DNA from: Lentisphaeria bacterium
GTDB taxonomy: Bacteria > Verrucomicrobiota > Lentisphaeria > Victivallales > UBA1829
Assembly: GCA_017456495.1 (NCBI GenBank)
Contig: JAFTJI010000028.1
Coordinates: 1 to 58,596, forward strand
Length of the DNA stretch: 58,596 nucleotides
Direction: 5' to 3'
Shown: positions 37,013 to 46,043 of the stretch, in pieces
How positions within the stretch are numbered: the first letter of the stretch is position 1
Layout of the letters: each line of letters opens with the position of its first letter
The notes under the pieces: generated by a model
Seen by the model: only the letters and a program-made list of their open reading frames with translations
Database searches by the model: none
Told to the model about the DNA's origin: nothing
Position numbers and translations under genes: made by a program

Positions 37013-37070
37013 TTTTGATACAATAATGCACCTTGAAAATCTTGACTTTCAATTTTACGTCATCTATATT
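37013..37070 (+). promoter_or_regulatory. Conserved upstream motif plus sigma70-like promoter (site 1)
   Basis: TTTTGATACAATAATGCACCT (37013-37033), 8-nt gap, TTGACT (37042-47), 17-nt spacer, TATATT (37065-70). Same architecture as 40591-40648. Confidence 0.6.
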
Positions 37071-37101
37071 ACAGAAGAACTTCCATGAAAGGAATAGAAA
37101 A

Positions 37102-38958
37102 ATGAGTAAATTTTCTGTCAGGAAAAATGATGGTGTTCCGGCATTATTCAGGGATGGGATTCCGGAAGTTCCTGTGATGTACTGGATGCGTGAATTGAAT
37201 GCGGAAGACCTTACTGATATCTATGCGGCGGGGATCCGTCTTTTTACCTGTTACTGGACACGAACGCCCATGAATCATCCTTTCTGGATCGGAGAAAATA
37301 AATACGATTTCAGCTGGTTCGATGAACAGATGGAGCTTTTTGCAAAACACTGTCCGGAAGGATGGCTCGCACCGCGTATTTTTGTTTCTGCACCGGAATG
37401 GTGGCTGAAAGAGAACCCTGATGAATGTATCGGTTACGCCCAGCCGGAAGGGGTTCCGCTGAACGTTTCCTTTGCTTCGGAGAAATGGAAAAAAGAAGCG
37501 GGTGAAGCACTCCGTCAACTGCTCCGTCATTTCAAGTCCATGCCGTGGGCAGAGAGGATCGGCGGGATCCAGGTCGCTGCAGGTCATTGCGGAGAATGGC
37601 ACGTTTGGAACTCCTACTCGATCCCGGGCGGCAGCAAAGCGATGGAACAGCGTTACGGAGCCCCGATCCCGCCGCCGGATCAACGCGGTGAAAAATTCTG
37701 GAAGTGCTTCTTCAGTGCCGGAGCTGAAGCGATCGACGGCTTTTGCAATATTGTAAAAGAGGAAACGGATTATCTTGCCATTGCATTTTACGGTTATTTT
37801 CAGAACAGCGACAATCCGTATCTGATGCACCTTGCTGTGGATCAGCTGATGCGCAGTCCCAATGTGGACATGCTGGCAAGCCCCCATGTGTACAGCAGAC
37901 GTCTTCCCGGAGAGGATGCCTATTTCCGGGCATTTCCCGCGACATTGGCAAAACATGGGAAGATGTTTGTGGATGAAGCCGATGACCGGACTCATCTCGG
38001 CAGTTACCATGATTACAACGGCAAGCGGATCATGGGGGATACCGTGGAAGAATCTCAGAATATGATGTACCGGGAACTGGGCAACGCAATGACCCATTGT
38101 GTCGGACTCTGGTACATGGATATCGACGGAGGAATGTTCCATGCTCCGGTTTACCAGAAGATCATTGCCGATGCTTATCAGCTCTATAAAAAACATCTGC
38201 GTCTGCCGCAGAAACGGGTCTCGGAAGTTGCTGTCGTTCTTGATCCGGCAGGCAGAATGAGCCGTCCGAACTACTCCACTTCAAACTGTATTGATGAGGT
38301 TGCAGTTCAGGAACTTGCGTTTTCTTCGCTGACAAGATCCGGTGCACCGTTTGATGTTTATACCAGCGGTGATCTGGATTATGAAACATTATCCCGGTAT
38401 AAAGTCCTTGTGATCATGAGCGGAGCCGCGCTCAGTGCAGAAGCCCGGAGCGGTTTGAGAGAACTGAAAAGTGATAACCGGACGATCATCTGGCTCTGGG
38501 GCGCAGGCTCCGTTCTGAATGAGGAGTTTACAGAAAAAGGGATCCGGGAATTGACAGAGCTTGATATCCGGATGACACCGGAGCAACCGTTCCCGCATCT
38601 CACGGAAGATGGGTTTTGTCCCGGAAAAATCGTGCCCGGTTTTGAACCGATTGAAACAGAAAAAGAGTTCGGAGCATGGCGCAGTATTTACTTCGGAACA
38701 GCAGATGTCCCCCCCGCAAAATTCCGGGAGATCCTGCGGAATGCCGGGGTCTTCATTTACTCGGAAAGCGACGATGTCATTTCTGTTTCAAAGAGTGCAT
38801 TGATGCTTCTGGCATCTTCTGCCGGAGTCAAAAACATCACCCTGCCGGAAACGAAGACGGTTTGGAACATGCGGAAAAAAGAACTCCTCGGGACAGATAT
38901 CACCCGCCTTTCCGTCTCAATGGAACAGGGGGAAACGCTGCTTTTGGAACTGCAGTAA
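37102..38958 (+). CDS. Putative glycoside-hydrolase-like TIM-barrel protein (GH42-like layout), function unknown
   Basis: Start set to the ATG at 37102 (AAAGGAA RBS); the listed TTG at 37033 lies inside the promoter. No signal peptide. The C-terminal YKVLVIMSGAALS region resembles the GH42 trimerisation module. Confidence 0.4.
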   Translation: MSKFSVRKNDGVPALFRDGIPEVPVMYWMRELNAEDLTDIYAAGIRLFTCYWTRTPMNHPFWIGENKYDFSWFDEQMELFAKHCPEGWLAPRIFVSAPEWWLKENPDECIGYAQPEGVPLNVSFASEKWKKEAGEALRQLLRHFKSMPWAERIGGIQVAAGHCGEWHVWNSYSIPGGSKAMEQRYGAPIPPPDQRGEKFWKCFFSAGAEAIDGFCNIVKEETDYLAIAFYGYFQNSDNPYLMHLAVDQLMRSPNVDMLASPHVYSRRLPGEDAYFRAFPATLAKHGKMFVDEADDRTHLGSYHDYNGKRIMGDTVEESQNMMYRELGNAMTHCVGLWYMDIDGGMFHAPVYQKIIADAYQLYKKHLRLPQKRVSEVAVVLDPAGRMSRPNYSTSNCIDEVAVQELAFSSLTRSGAPFDVYTSGDLDYETLSRYKVLVIMSGAALSAEARSGLRELKSDNRTIIWLWGAGSVLNEEFTEKGIRELTELDIRMTPEQPFPHLTEDGFCPGKIVPGFEPIETEKEFGAWRSIYFGTADVPPAKFREILRNAGVFIYSESDDVISVSKSALMLLASSAGVKNITLPETKTVWNMRKKELLGTDITRLSVSMEQGETLLLELQ

Positions 38959-38971
38959 AAGGAGGGAAAAC

Positions 38972-40369
38972 ATGGATCATGCGCCTTTTTCCATCCGCGG
39001 CTTCAATATGTGTGAAAGCCTGCTCCGTCATTCGTCTGAACAGCTGAAGACGTTCATCTGCCGTATGAAACGGCTCCGGCTGAACACATTGATCCTTCAT
39101 TATGATTACGGCTGGAAACGTTATCAGGAGTTACTTCTTGAGGAGTGCAGAAAAGCCGGAGTTGAAATTATTCTCATGACATTCGGTCCCAGGACATTTC
39201 TTTCCTGCTGCGACTGGAAACCTCAATGGTTTGCCAGGAAGGAAGATGGAAGCCCGTGGACCCGGAAGCTGGAGTGTGAAACCTATCCCTGCGCTGCTGA
39301 ACCGGAGTGTCTGGAGGCTTATGAATACGGTGCGCGGACGTGGCTCAGAGAACTTCCCCCGCAAATCAGACACGTTCACATGCGTGCTGCTGACGGAATC
39401 ATGTTCTGTCAGTGTGAACGCTGCCGGAAACTGCCGGAACATGAACGCTGGCAGCCATTTGTTGACTGTTTTGCAAAAGCTGCGCAGGAAGTCCGCCCGG
39501 ATTTGAGATTTGAGACAGATATCTATGTGATGCGGTACAACATCCCGGAAAATCCTGCGGCGTTCCATCGGATGAACAACATCATGTACGACACCTTTTA
39601 CCGCGCGCCATCTTATCCGCTTGACACTGATGAGGATATCTGCACCGGAAACTGCATGGATTATGCCTCAGGTCATACAACTCCGGATGCGGCAACGATC
39701 TCCCGCTATCATGCCAACCGGCTGAGAGAGTGGAGCACGGCATTTCCCGGCAAGGTTTATATTCATGAAAACGCAATGATGCAAAGTTATTACGGCACGT
39801 TCCAGCACGGGACAAGCTCATATCTGAAAGATCTGGAGCTGTATCGGGAACTTGGGCTGCAAGGCGTTTGTTATGAAGCGTTTGAACCGGGATTTATCAA
39901 TTTTGAACCGATGTTTGAAACCCTTGCGCAGGCGATGAACGGAGAAGAAGTTCAGCATGAAATGAGTGAAATTGAACGTTATCTCCAGAATCATCCCCAG
40001 CCTGTTTTCTGTCTGGATCCGGATTTCCCGCTGGAAAAATTTTTCAAAGATCCTTTTCTTCTGGAACAGAACCGTCTTTTCCGGGAAATGATGCTGAAAC
40101 CGGGATTCGGATTGTTCCGCCGCTATGTGGATTTTGCGTTTGCCAACGAAGAACGGATGGATCCGCTGTATATCGGTTATGGGATTGCAAAAAATTGTCT
40201 GGCTGAAAAAGTTGCGGAATTTCCCGATATTTCTGCAGAAGCTCAAGACTTTCTCTCCCGCAGAAAACTTTGGGACTTTATGGAAGATATCCCGCAAACC
40301 AAAGATCCCCGGGAAGTTTGTAAAAAGATCATCTTTGAACTGATGGAAAAAGGACGCGGAATCCTTTAA
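38972..40369 (+). CDS. DUF4838/GH20-like TIM-barrel protein, function unknown
   Basis: LRLNTLILHYDYGW and the CQCERCRKL cysteine motif resemble the CYCDSCQ region of the 30098-32431 product. AAGGAGGG RBS. Confidence 0.4.
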   Translation: MDHAPFSIRGFNMCESLLRHSSEQLKTFICRMKRLRLNTLILHYDYGWKRYQELLLEECRKAGVEIILMTFGPRTFLSCCDWKPQWFARKEDGSPWTRKLECETYPCAAEPECLEAYEYGARTWLRELPPQIRHVHMRAADGIMFCQCERCRKLPEHERWQPFVDCFAKAAQEVRPDLRFETDIYVMRYNIPENPAAFHRMNNIMYDTFYRAPSYPLDTDEDICTGNCMDYASGHTTPDAATISRYHANRLREWSTAFPGKVYIHENAMMQSYYGTFQHGTSSYLKDLELYRELGLQGVCYEAFEPGFINFEPMFETLAQAMNGEEVQHEMSEIERYLQNHPQPVFCLDPDFPLEKFFKDPFLLEQNRLFREMMLKPGFGLFRRYVDFAFANEERMDPLYIGYGIAKNCLAEKVAEFPDISAEAQDFLSRRKLWDFMEDIPQTKDPREVCKKIIFELMEKGRGIL

Positions 40370-40590
40370 GACGCCGAATCTGCCAGTTTAATTATTCTAT
40401 ACTTTACAAAAGTTTTACTCCGGTCAGAAAATGATCGTTCCGGGCTGAAGTATTTCTCTGCCATCCATTGATCGCGCCGGATTCCATTATCTGTTGAAGT
40501 TCTGTGAATCAACATGATTCAGAAAAGTCTTCTGCTCTGTTTTCAGCGAACAGAACATGCGGAAAACAATCAGTGTTTTTTGTATCCGCA

Positions 40591-40648
40591 TTTTGATAAT
40601 ATAATGCACCTGAAAAAGTTTGCATTTGTCTTTTTTCTCTGCTATATT
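40591..40648 (+). promoter_or_regulatory. Conserved upstream motif plus sigma70-like promoter (site 2)
   Basis: TTTTGATAATATAATGCACCT (40591-40611), 8-nt gap, TTGCAT (40620-25), 17-nt spacer, TATATT (40643-48). Upstream of the pseudopilin gene. Confidence 0.6.
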
Positions 40649-40725
40649 AGCTCCGGATCTTAAAAAAACGGGGGTATCCCGTGAGTCCGGCATTTTTGCA
40701 AACAATAAAAGAAAGGTATGAGATC

Positions 40726-41472
40726 ATGAGTAATGAAAATTCAAAGGTACTTTCTGGAAAGAAAACAAAGTTGTCAAGTTTTACTCTCATCGAATTGCTT
40801 GTAGTGATCGCAATTATCGCGATATTGGCAGGAATGCTGCTGCCGGCATTGAACAATGCCCGGGAATCCGGACGTGCCGCCGCCTGTAAATCCAACCTGA
40901 AACAGCTCGGAGTTGCTTCATCCATGTACTCTGATGAAAACAATGGGTATATGGTTGGGAACAGACAGCATTTGTCCTGGAGTACACAGATCGTTCCTTA
41001 TATCGGAGGCAAAAGATATGATACCATGGGAACTGCCGATGCAGTAGATGCATTCAAAAATAATGTATTCAAATGTGCGACTGCCGACAGCAAATTCGGA
41101 TTGTCCACAGACTATGGAAGTTATGGATTACAGACTCTTTTCTATGATAAAAACAATATCAAAACATCAAAAATCACAACAGCTTCCACTCTGATTCAGC
41201 TTTGCGATACAAACATTGCTACTGTATATTCCGGAATCGTGCGTATTGCTGTCGTTTGGAACATCTTCCCTTATAACATCAACGCCCGAAAATCGGCGGG
41301 AGTTATAAACAACAACATCGGGGATCACCATAAGAACAGTGCAAACTTCTGTATGGTTGATGGTCATGTGGAATGGATCAACTTTTTTACCGTTTACCAG
41401 AGAGGGGTTGACCGGAAGTATTGGAGTGCAGACGGAACATTTGCCGGAGCCGGTGCCGATCTTAGTCTGTAA
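40726..41472 (+). CDS. Prepilin-type H-X9-DG pseudopilin
   Basis: [24 protein letters not shown] signal and C-terminal [18 protein letters not shown] at 40726 follows GAAAGG; the listed GTG at 40681 is less likely. Confidence 0.9.
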   Translation: MSNENSKVLSGKKTKLSSFTLIELLVVIAIIAILAGMLLPALNNARESGRAAACKSNLKQLGVASSMYSDENNGYMVGNRQHLSWSTQIVPYIGGKRYDTMGTADAVDAFKNNVFKCATADSKFGLSTDYGSYGLQTLFYDKNNIKTSKITTASTLIQLCDTNIATVYSGIVRIAVVWNIFPYNINARKSAGVINNNIGDHHKNSANFCMVDGHVEWINFFTVYQRGVDRKYWSADGTFAGAGADLSL

Positions 41473-41527
41473 AAAATCAACTTTTAAATCTTTGCAAACT
41501 TGAAATAAAACAAGAGAGGGGCTTTTT

Positions 41528-43516
41528 ATGCTTAATTTCCTGAAAATCACTGGTGCAATTGCAGCTTTAAGTGCCATTTCTGCCTTCGCCGCACCGAAAG
41601 AACCGCTTGATACAGTAAACCGTCAGCCGGTTCCGAAATGGTCCTGGAACGTAAAAAACAATGGTGAACTCACCATCACCCTCCCGGGAAACAGTTACGC
41701 ATTGAGAACACGGATCTCCTATCCTCACATGCCGAAAGAAGGCTGGTATCTCATTCCGGGAAACGCTGTTAAAGTGACAAAAGACGGTGCAAAAACAGTT
41801 GTTGATTTCAAGTGCAAATATTACACACTGCACCGCACGATCCATGCTGCCGGACACAAACTTGTAGTTCGCGATACTTACAAAAACATCACTTCCGGCG
41901 ATCTTGCCATTGCATTTGATAATATTCTGACCCCGGCAAGGATCCCGAAAAAGGACAATGTCCGTATCGCGGGCTGCTACCGTCCCGGTTCCGCTCCTGT
42001 TCCGGATTCTCCGGCGCAAAACTCTTCCATTCTTTTTGAAAATCCCAATGGCACGCTGGCAATGGTTCTGGAAGATGACTTCTACCGTCTGCAGGCAGCT
42101 CTGAAAAAGTCTACCGGAAGAGGTGCGGTGCAAAACCGTTCTTTCGCGTTGCCGCCCAATGACAGCTACACCTTTGAGTTCAGTTTTTATCCCATCGGGA
42201 ATGGAGATTACTGGGATTTCATCAACCAGCTCCGCAGGGATTGGAAACTCAATACAAAGATCGACGGCAACCTGATTTTCTGTACCTGTCCGCACCCGCA
42301 AGTTGCAAGCTATACGCCTGAAATATTGCAGAATGCTGTCGTCAAATACCTCGGCGGGAAATATATCGGAGGAACCAATAACACCTGGTATGGCCAGCCC
42401 TCTTTCTGGATCACGCCCGGTTCAAGAAACTTCATGAAAGATTACGTTTCCCGTGACCACCAGCTGAAAAAACTCCTGAACGCCTCAAAAAAAGTCCGGA
42501 AATGGTCTCCCGATCTTTCTGTCGTTGCCAGAATCCAGACTGTTTTCGGCGCGCCTCCGCAGGGATTGAAAGATCCCGTTCCCTATGCTGACAGTGTGAT
42601 CATTGAGGCAAACGGAAAACCAAAACAGAGAATTTCCAGAAGCAGAGATAAAAAACCTGTCGGTTATATCAATCTTCATTACCCGATGGTGGGCAACAGC
42701 TATTACAAACTCCTTGTCGATCTGGTCAACAAAGCGATGGACAGCGGGATCAAAACGATTTACTTTGACACGTTCTGTTACAGTTTCTGGTCTCTTTACG
42801 GACGCTGGACATATGACCGCTGGGACAACCGCACAGTGGATATTGATCAGAAGACCTGGACGATTGCAAAGAAAAAAGCTGACCTTGCAGTGCTTTCTTC
42901 CGATGCCGCGGTCGAATTGAACAAACTCATCACCAAACGCGGAGGTAAGATGTTCTTCAACGGAACTCCTACCACCCGGAAGCAGATGTCTATCCTTCCG
43001 ACAAGTTACAGTTTCGCAGAATCTTCCTACAATCAGCTGCCCATTACCCAACACGCATCCCATCCGGTAAATCTCGGATACTATCCCGGTTACCAGACCA
43101 GAAAAAATGCCTGGAAGACTCCGAAAGATATGTACGAAAATGCCATGGACAATCTGGAATACGGCTGTTTGACCTACGTTTACTGGCTGACCAGCAAGCT
43201 CCCGACAGCCCCGACAATTTATGCACGGATGTTCCCGATCACCATCAAGAACATTTATGCCGGATGCGTGGAAGGGGAAGAACGGATCGTCACGAAACGG
43301 TCCGGGAAATACAGTTTCGGAACAAATACAGAGCCTAAGATTTATATTTATAACAAGGAAGGCGTGGAAAGTTCCCCGACAGCAGATCAGGTTAAATTTG
43401 AAACCGTTGACGGCAAAGTCATTGTTCATCTGACTCTGCCGGAAGGATTTGCTGCGATTCTTGAAAAACAGACAGAAAATGTCCGCGATGCGCTGGCAAA
43501 TGAACTGAATTTCTGA
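41528..43516 (+). CDS. Secreted hypothetical protein (662 aa)
   Basis: Signal peptide MLNFLKITGAIAALSAISAFA. I recognise no motifs. Position and size suggest a glycan-active enzyme. Confidence 0.5.
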   Translation: MLNFLKITGAIAALSAISAFAAPKEPLDTVNRQPVPKWSWNVKNNGELTITLPGNSYALRTRISYPHMPKEGWYLIPGNAVKVTKDGAKTVVDFKCKYYTLHRTIHAAGHKLVVRDTYKNITSGDLAIAFDNILTPARIPKKDNVRIAGCYRPGSAPVPDSPAQNSSILFENPNGTLAMVLEDDFYRLQAALKKSTGRGAVQNRSFALPPNDSYTFEFSFYPIGNGDYWDFINQLRRDWKLNTKIDGNLIFCTCPHPQVASYTPEILQNAVVKYLGGKYIGGTNNTWYGQPSFWITPGSRNFMKDYVSRDHQLKKLLNASKKVRKWSPDLSVVARIQTVFGAPPQGLKDPVPYADSVIIEANGKPKQRISRSRDKKPVGYINLHYPMVGNSYYKLLVDLVNKAMDSGIKTIYFDTFCYSFWSLYGRWTYDRWDNRTVDIDQKTWTIAKKKADLAVLSSDAAVELNKLITKRGGKMFFNGTPTTRKQMSILPTSYSFAESSYNQLPITQHASHPVNLGYYPGYQTRKNAWKTPKDMYENAMDNLEYGCLTYVYWLTSKLPTAPTIYARMFPITIKNIYAGCVEGEERIVTKRSGKYSFGTNTEPKIYIYNKEGVESSPTADQVKFETVDGKVIVHLTLPEGFAAILEKQTENVRDALANELNF

Positions 43517-43590
43517 GTTCCCGGAACAGATAACGGTCCGGAACACTAATCCGGACCGGACTTTCACAAAATCATAACTTTTGCCACAAA

Positions 43591-44340
43591 ATGAATGATT
43601 ACAGCGTATTGGTTTACGGAGCGACCTTCTGGGGGATCGGCTTTGCTGCGGCATCGTCCGGCGTACTCGTTATTGATCCGGGAATCAATCCCGGACACGA
43701 GTTCGCTGACACATTCTGCACAAAAATCTGCCGTCCGGAACAGCTGCAGACAGAGTTTGCCAGATATTTTTATTCTGTATTGCAAAAACACAATGCAATC
43801 CATGATGGAAAACTTCATCCCGCAGCGTTGGTTCCAATGCTTTGTTCTTTTATCCTGGAACACAAAATCAATGTTCTGCTTGATACGATTCTGATTGAAA
43901 AACAGCCGGTTTGCATCATGAGCGGTGCTTCAAAGAGGAATATTTCTGCCGATCAGATCATTGATACGCTGACTCCATCCGGAACGGTATGGAAAAAGTA
44001 TTTCAATGCGCTTCTTCACGGAGAAGAGAATGCCGTGATTCCAACGGAATATCTGAACGGCAGCGCAGATTCTCCAACAATTGCTCCGGGCAGATTTTCA
44101 TCCGAAGCAGTGCTTCATTTTCCTGTTTCTCCCGGAACGGGTTATGCTGAAGCAAGGCAGGAACTCGAAGCGTTCTGGAGATTGCGCCCCGAAATGCTTT
44201 CCAAATGGAAAATCGCAGCTCTTGCACCTGAATTTTATGAAATAACAGATTCTTCACAGCAAAAAAACCGCTTTTTCAGTCAGGGCTATTCCGATCCGCT
44301 GCTTGCGCTGGATTCCGGCATTATGGAGGCTTTAAAATGA
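43591..44340 (+). CDS. Hypothetical protein with degenerate dinucleotide-binding-like N-terminus
   Basis: VLVYGATFWGIGFAAAS resembles a decayed GxGxxG. No clear RBS. The stop overlaps the next start (ATGA). Confidence 0.45.
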   Translation: MNDYSVLVYGATFWGIGFAAASSGVLVIDPGINPGHEFADTFCTKICRPEQLQTEFARYFYSVLQKHNAIHDGKLHPAALVPMLCSFILEHKINVLLDTILIEKQPVCIMSGASKRNISADQIIDTLTPSGTVWKKYFNALLHGEENAVIPTEYLNGSADSPTIAPGRFSSEAVLHFPVSPGTGYAEARQELEAFWRLRPEMLSKWKIAALAPEFYEITDSSQQKNRFFSQGYSDPLLALDSGIMEALK

Positions 44341-46022
44341 TACGTTACGATATCATCGTTGCCGGAGCCGGAACCGCCGGAGTCTTTGCCGCATTATCTG
44401 CTGCAAAACAGGGGATGAACGTGCTGCTTCTTGAGAAGACCACCGCATGCGGAGGAATCGGGACAAACGGAGCGATCGCACCTTATTATGACCGCAGTTT
44501 CATTGATCTTTCTGCTGATATTGATAAAGATGTTTTTGACCGGCAGGACGGATCAGGTTTTCTTCTGCCGTTGAAAAGAAATTGTGTTTCCACAGAGCTG
44601 CTCAAAAGGGCGTATGAACAGGAACTTCTGAAAAATGGGGTTGAGATCATCTACCGGGCAGTTGTCTCCGGAGTTCTTTCTGATGGGAACCATGTCATCG
44701 GTTTGAGATGGCATGATCCGCAGGGAAATCATGAAGCGGGGGCTGGAGTTGTGATTGACGCAACCGCGGACGGAACCGTTCTGGCACTTGCCGGGGCTGA
44801 GTTCCTTGAAGATGGGATCCGTCAGCCTTATGCCAGAATTTATTCTTATCTTGCCGGTGATTCTTTATGGAACTTTGGCGGTGATGCCGGATATGTCAAT
44901 CAGGATGATCCGGAAAATTTGAGTCTGGAACTGCTCAAAAGTGCTGCTGCACAAGTTCCGGAGCAGTTTTCGGAAGTGGAAAAACGTTTTCTGACAGCTC
45001 CGGTGCCTGGACTTCGGGAAGGACGGCATCTCCGGGGACGTGAAACGGTGCGTTTCTCTGATATCGTTCACAATAAGCAGACCGGGAATCCGGTTGCCCG
45101 GGAGTATGCGAACTTTGATACTCATACCATTGATCTGGTCTTTGAAGATGAGGAATTTTATTTATTCTGCGTTGCAGCACTCCAATGGGAGACGCACTTC
45201 AATATAACGATCCCGTTCGGGGCATTGTTACCTGTTGGAATGGAAGGAATTATCGCTGCCGGACGAATGATTTCAGCCGATCATGAAGCATCACAGGGAG
45301 TCCGGATGAAAGGATGTATGAAACATCTCGGAGCTATTGCCGGAGCGGCGGCAGCGATCTCTGTGAAAAAAAAGATTTCTCTTTCAAAGGTTTCTTCACA
45401 GGAGATCACAGCCCTTTATCCCCTGCCGGAACGGGCGGAGTTACTCAAACAAAATACGGATCTCTGGCTTTCGGATCCTGTTGAAATAAAGGAAAAATTA
45501 AAGAAAAGCAATCCCGGAACAGCCATCTGGTCGGCGTATTTGAATGGCGTAACGGAACCGCTTTATGAACTGCTTGACGAATCGGGATTTGCCCGTGTCC
45601 ATGGGGCTTTTGCACTGGCTTTGCAACATGATAAAAAAGCTCTGAAAGTTTTGCGGGAGCTGGTGGAAAGGGAGGATCAAACCCGTTCTGAGACATTACG
45701 GAACGAACCTGTCCGGGAACCTCATGGAGCGATTGCTGCCTATCTGCTGGGCAGATTGAATGATAAAGAGAGTTTTCCGTTGCTTTGCAGCCTTTTTGAA
45801 AACAGCAGAGATTTCTTTTTTGTATCAGCCGCATGGCATTCTCTGCTTCGTTTGACAGAAAACAATTCAGAGCTCCGTCGATCCGGCTATGAAGTTCTGA
45901 AAAGTTTTGCTGAAGGGCAGAGAAAAATCCCCCCCTTCCGCTGTTACTGCGGAGAAATCTGTGATGCAACGGAAAAAATGAAAAGCATTACTTTGAAACA
46001 TTTGAAAAATATTACTCTCTAA
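44337..46022 (+). CDS. FAD-dependent oxidoreductase (PF12831-like) with C-terminal HEAT/ARM-like helical repeats
   Basis: YDIIVAGAGTAGVFAALSAAKQGMNVLLLEK ... GGIGTNG. The C-terminal roughly 170 aa is helical-repeat-like (ALKVLRELVE...AAYLLGRLNDKESFPLL). Confidence 0.7.
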   Translation: MIRYDIIVAGAGTAGVFAALSAAKQGMNVLLLEKTTACGGIGTNGAIAPYYDRSFIDLSADIDKDVFDRQDGSGFLLPLKRNCVSTELLKRAYEQELLKNGVEIIYRAVVSGVLSDGNHVIGLRWHDPQGNHEAGAGVVIDATADGTVLALAGAEFLEDGIRQPYARIYSYLAGDSLWNFGGDAGYVNQDDPENLSLELLKSAAAQVPEQFSEVEKRFLTAPVPGLREGRHLRGRETVRFSDIVHNKQTGNPVAREYANFDTHTIDLVFEDEEFYLFCVAALQWETHFNITIPFGALLPVGMEGIIAAGRMISADHEASQGVRMKGCMKHLGAIAGAAAAISVKKKISLSKVSSQEITALYPLPERAELLKQNTDLWLSDPVEIKEKLKKSNPGTAIWSAYLNGVTEPLYELLDESGFARVHGAFALALQHDKKALKVLRELVEREDQTRSETLRNEPVREPHGAIAAYLLGRLNDKESFPLLCSLFENSRDFFFVSAAWHSLLRLTENNSELRRSGYEVLKSFAEGQRKIPPFRCYCGEICDATEKMKSITLKHLKNITL

Positions 46023-46043
46023 CCACTTGAGGGACGGAACGAT

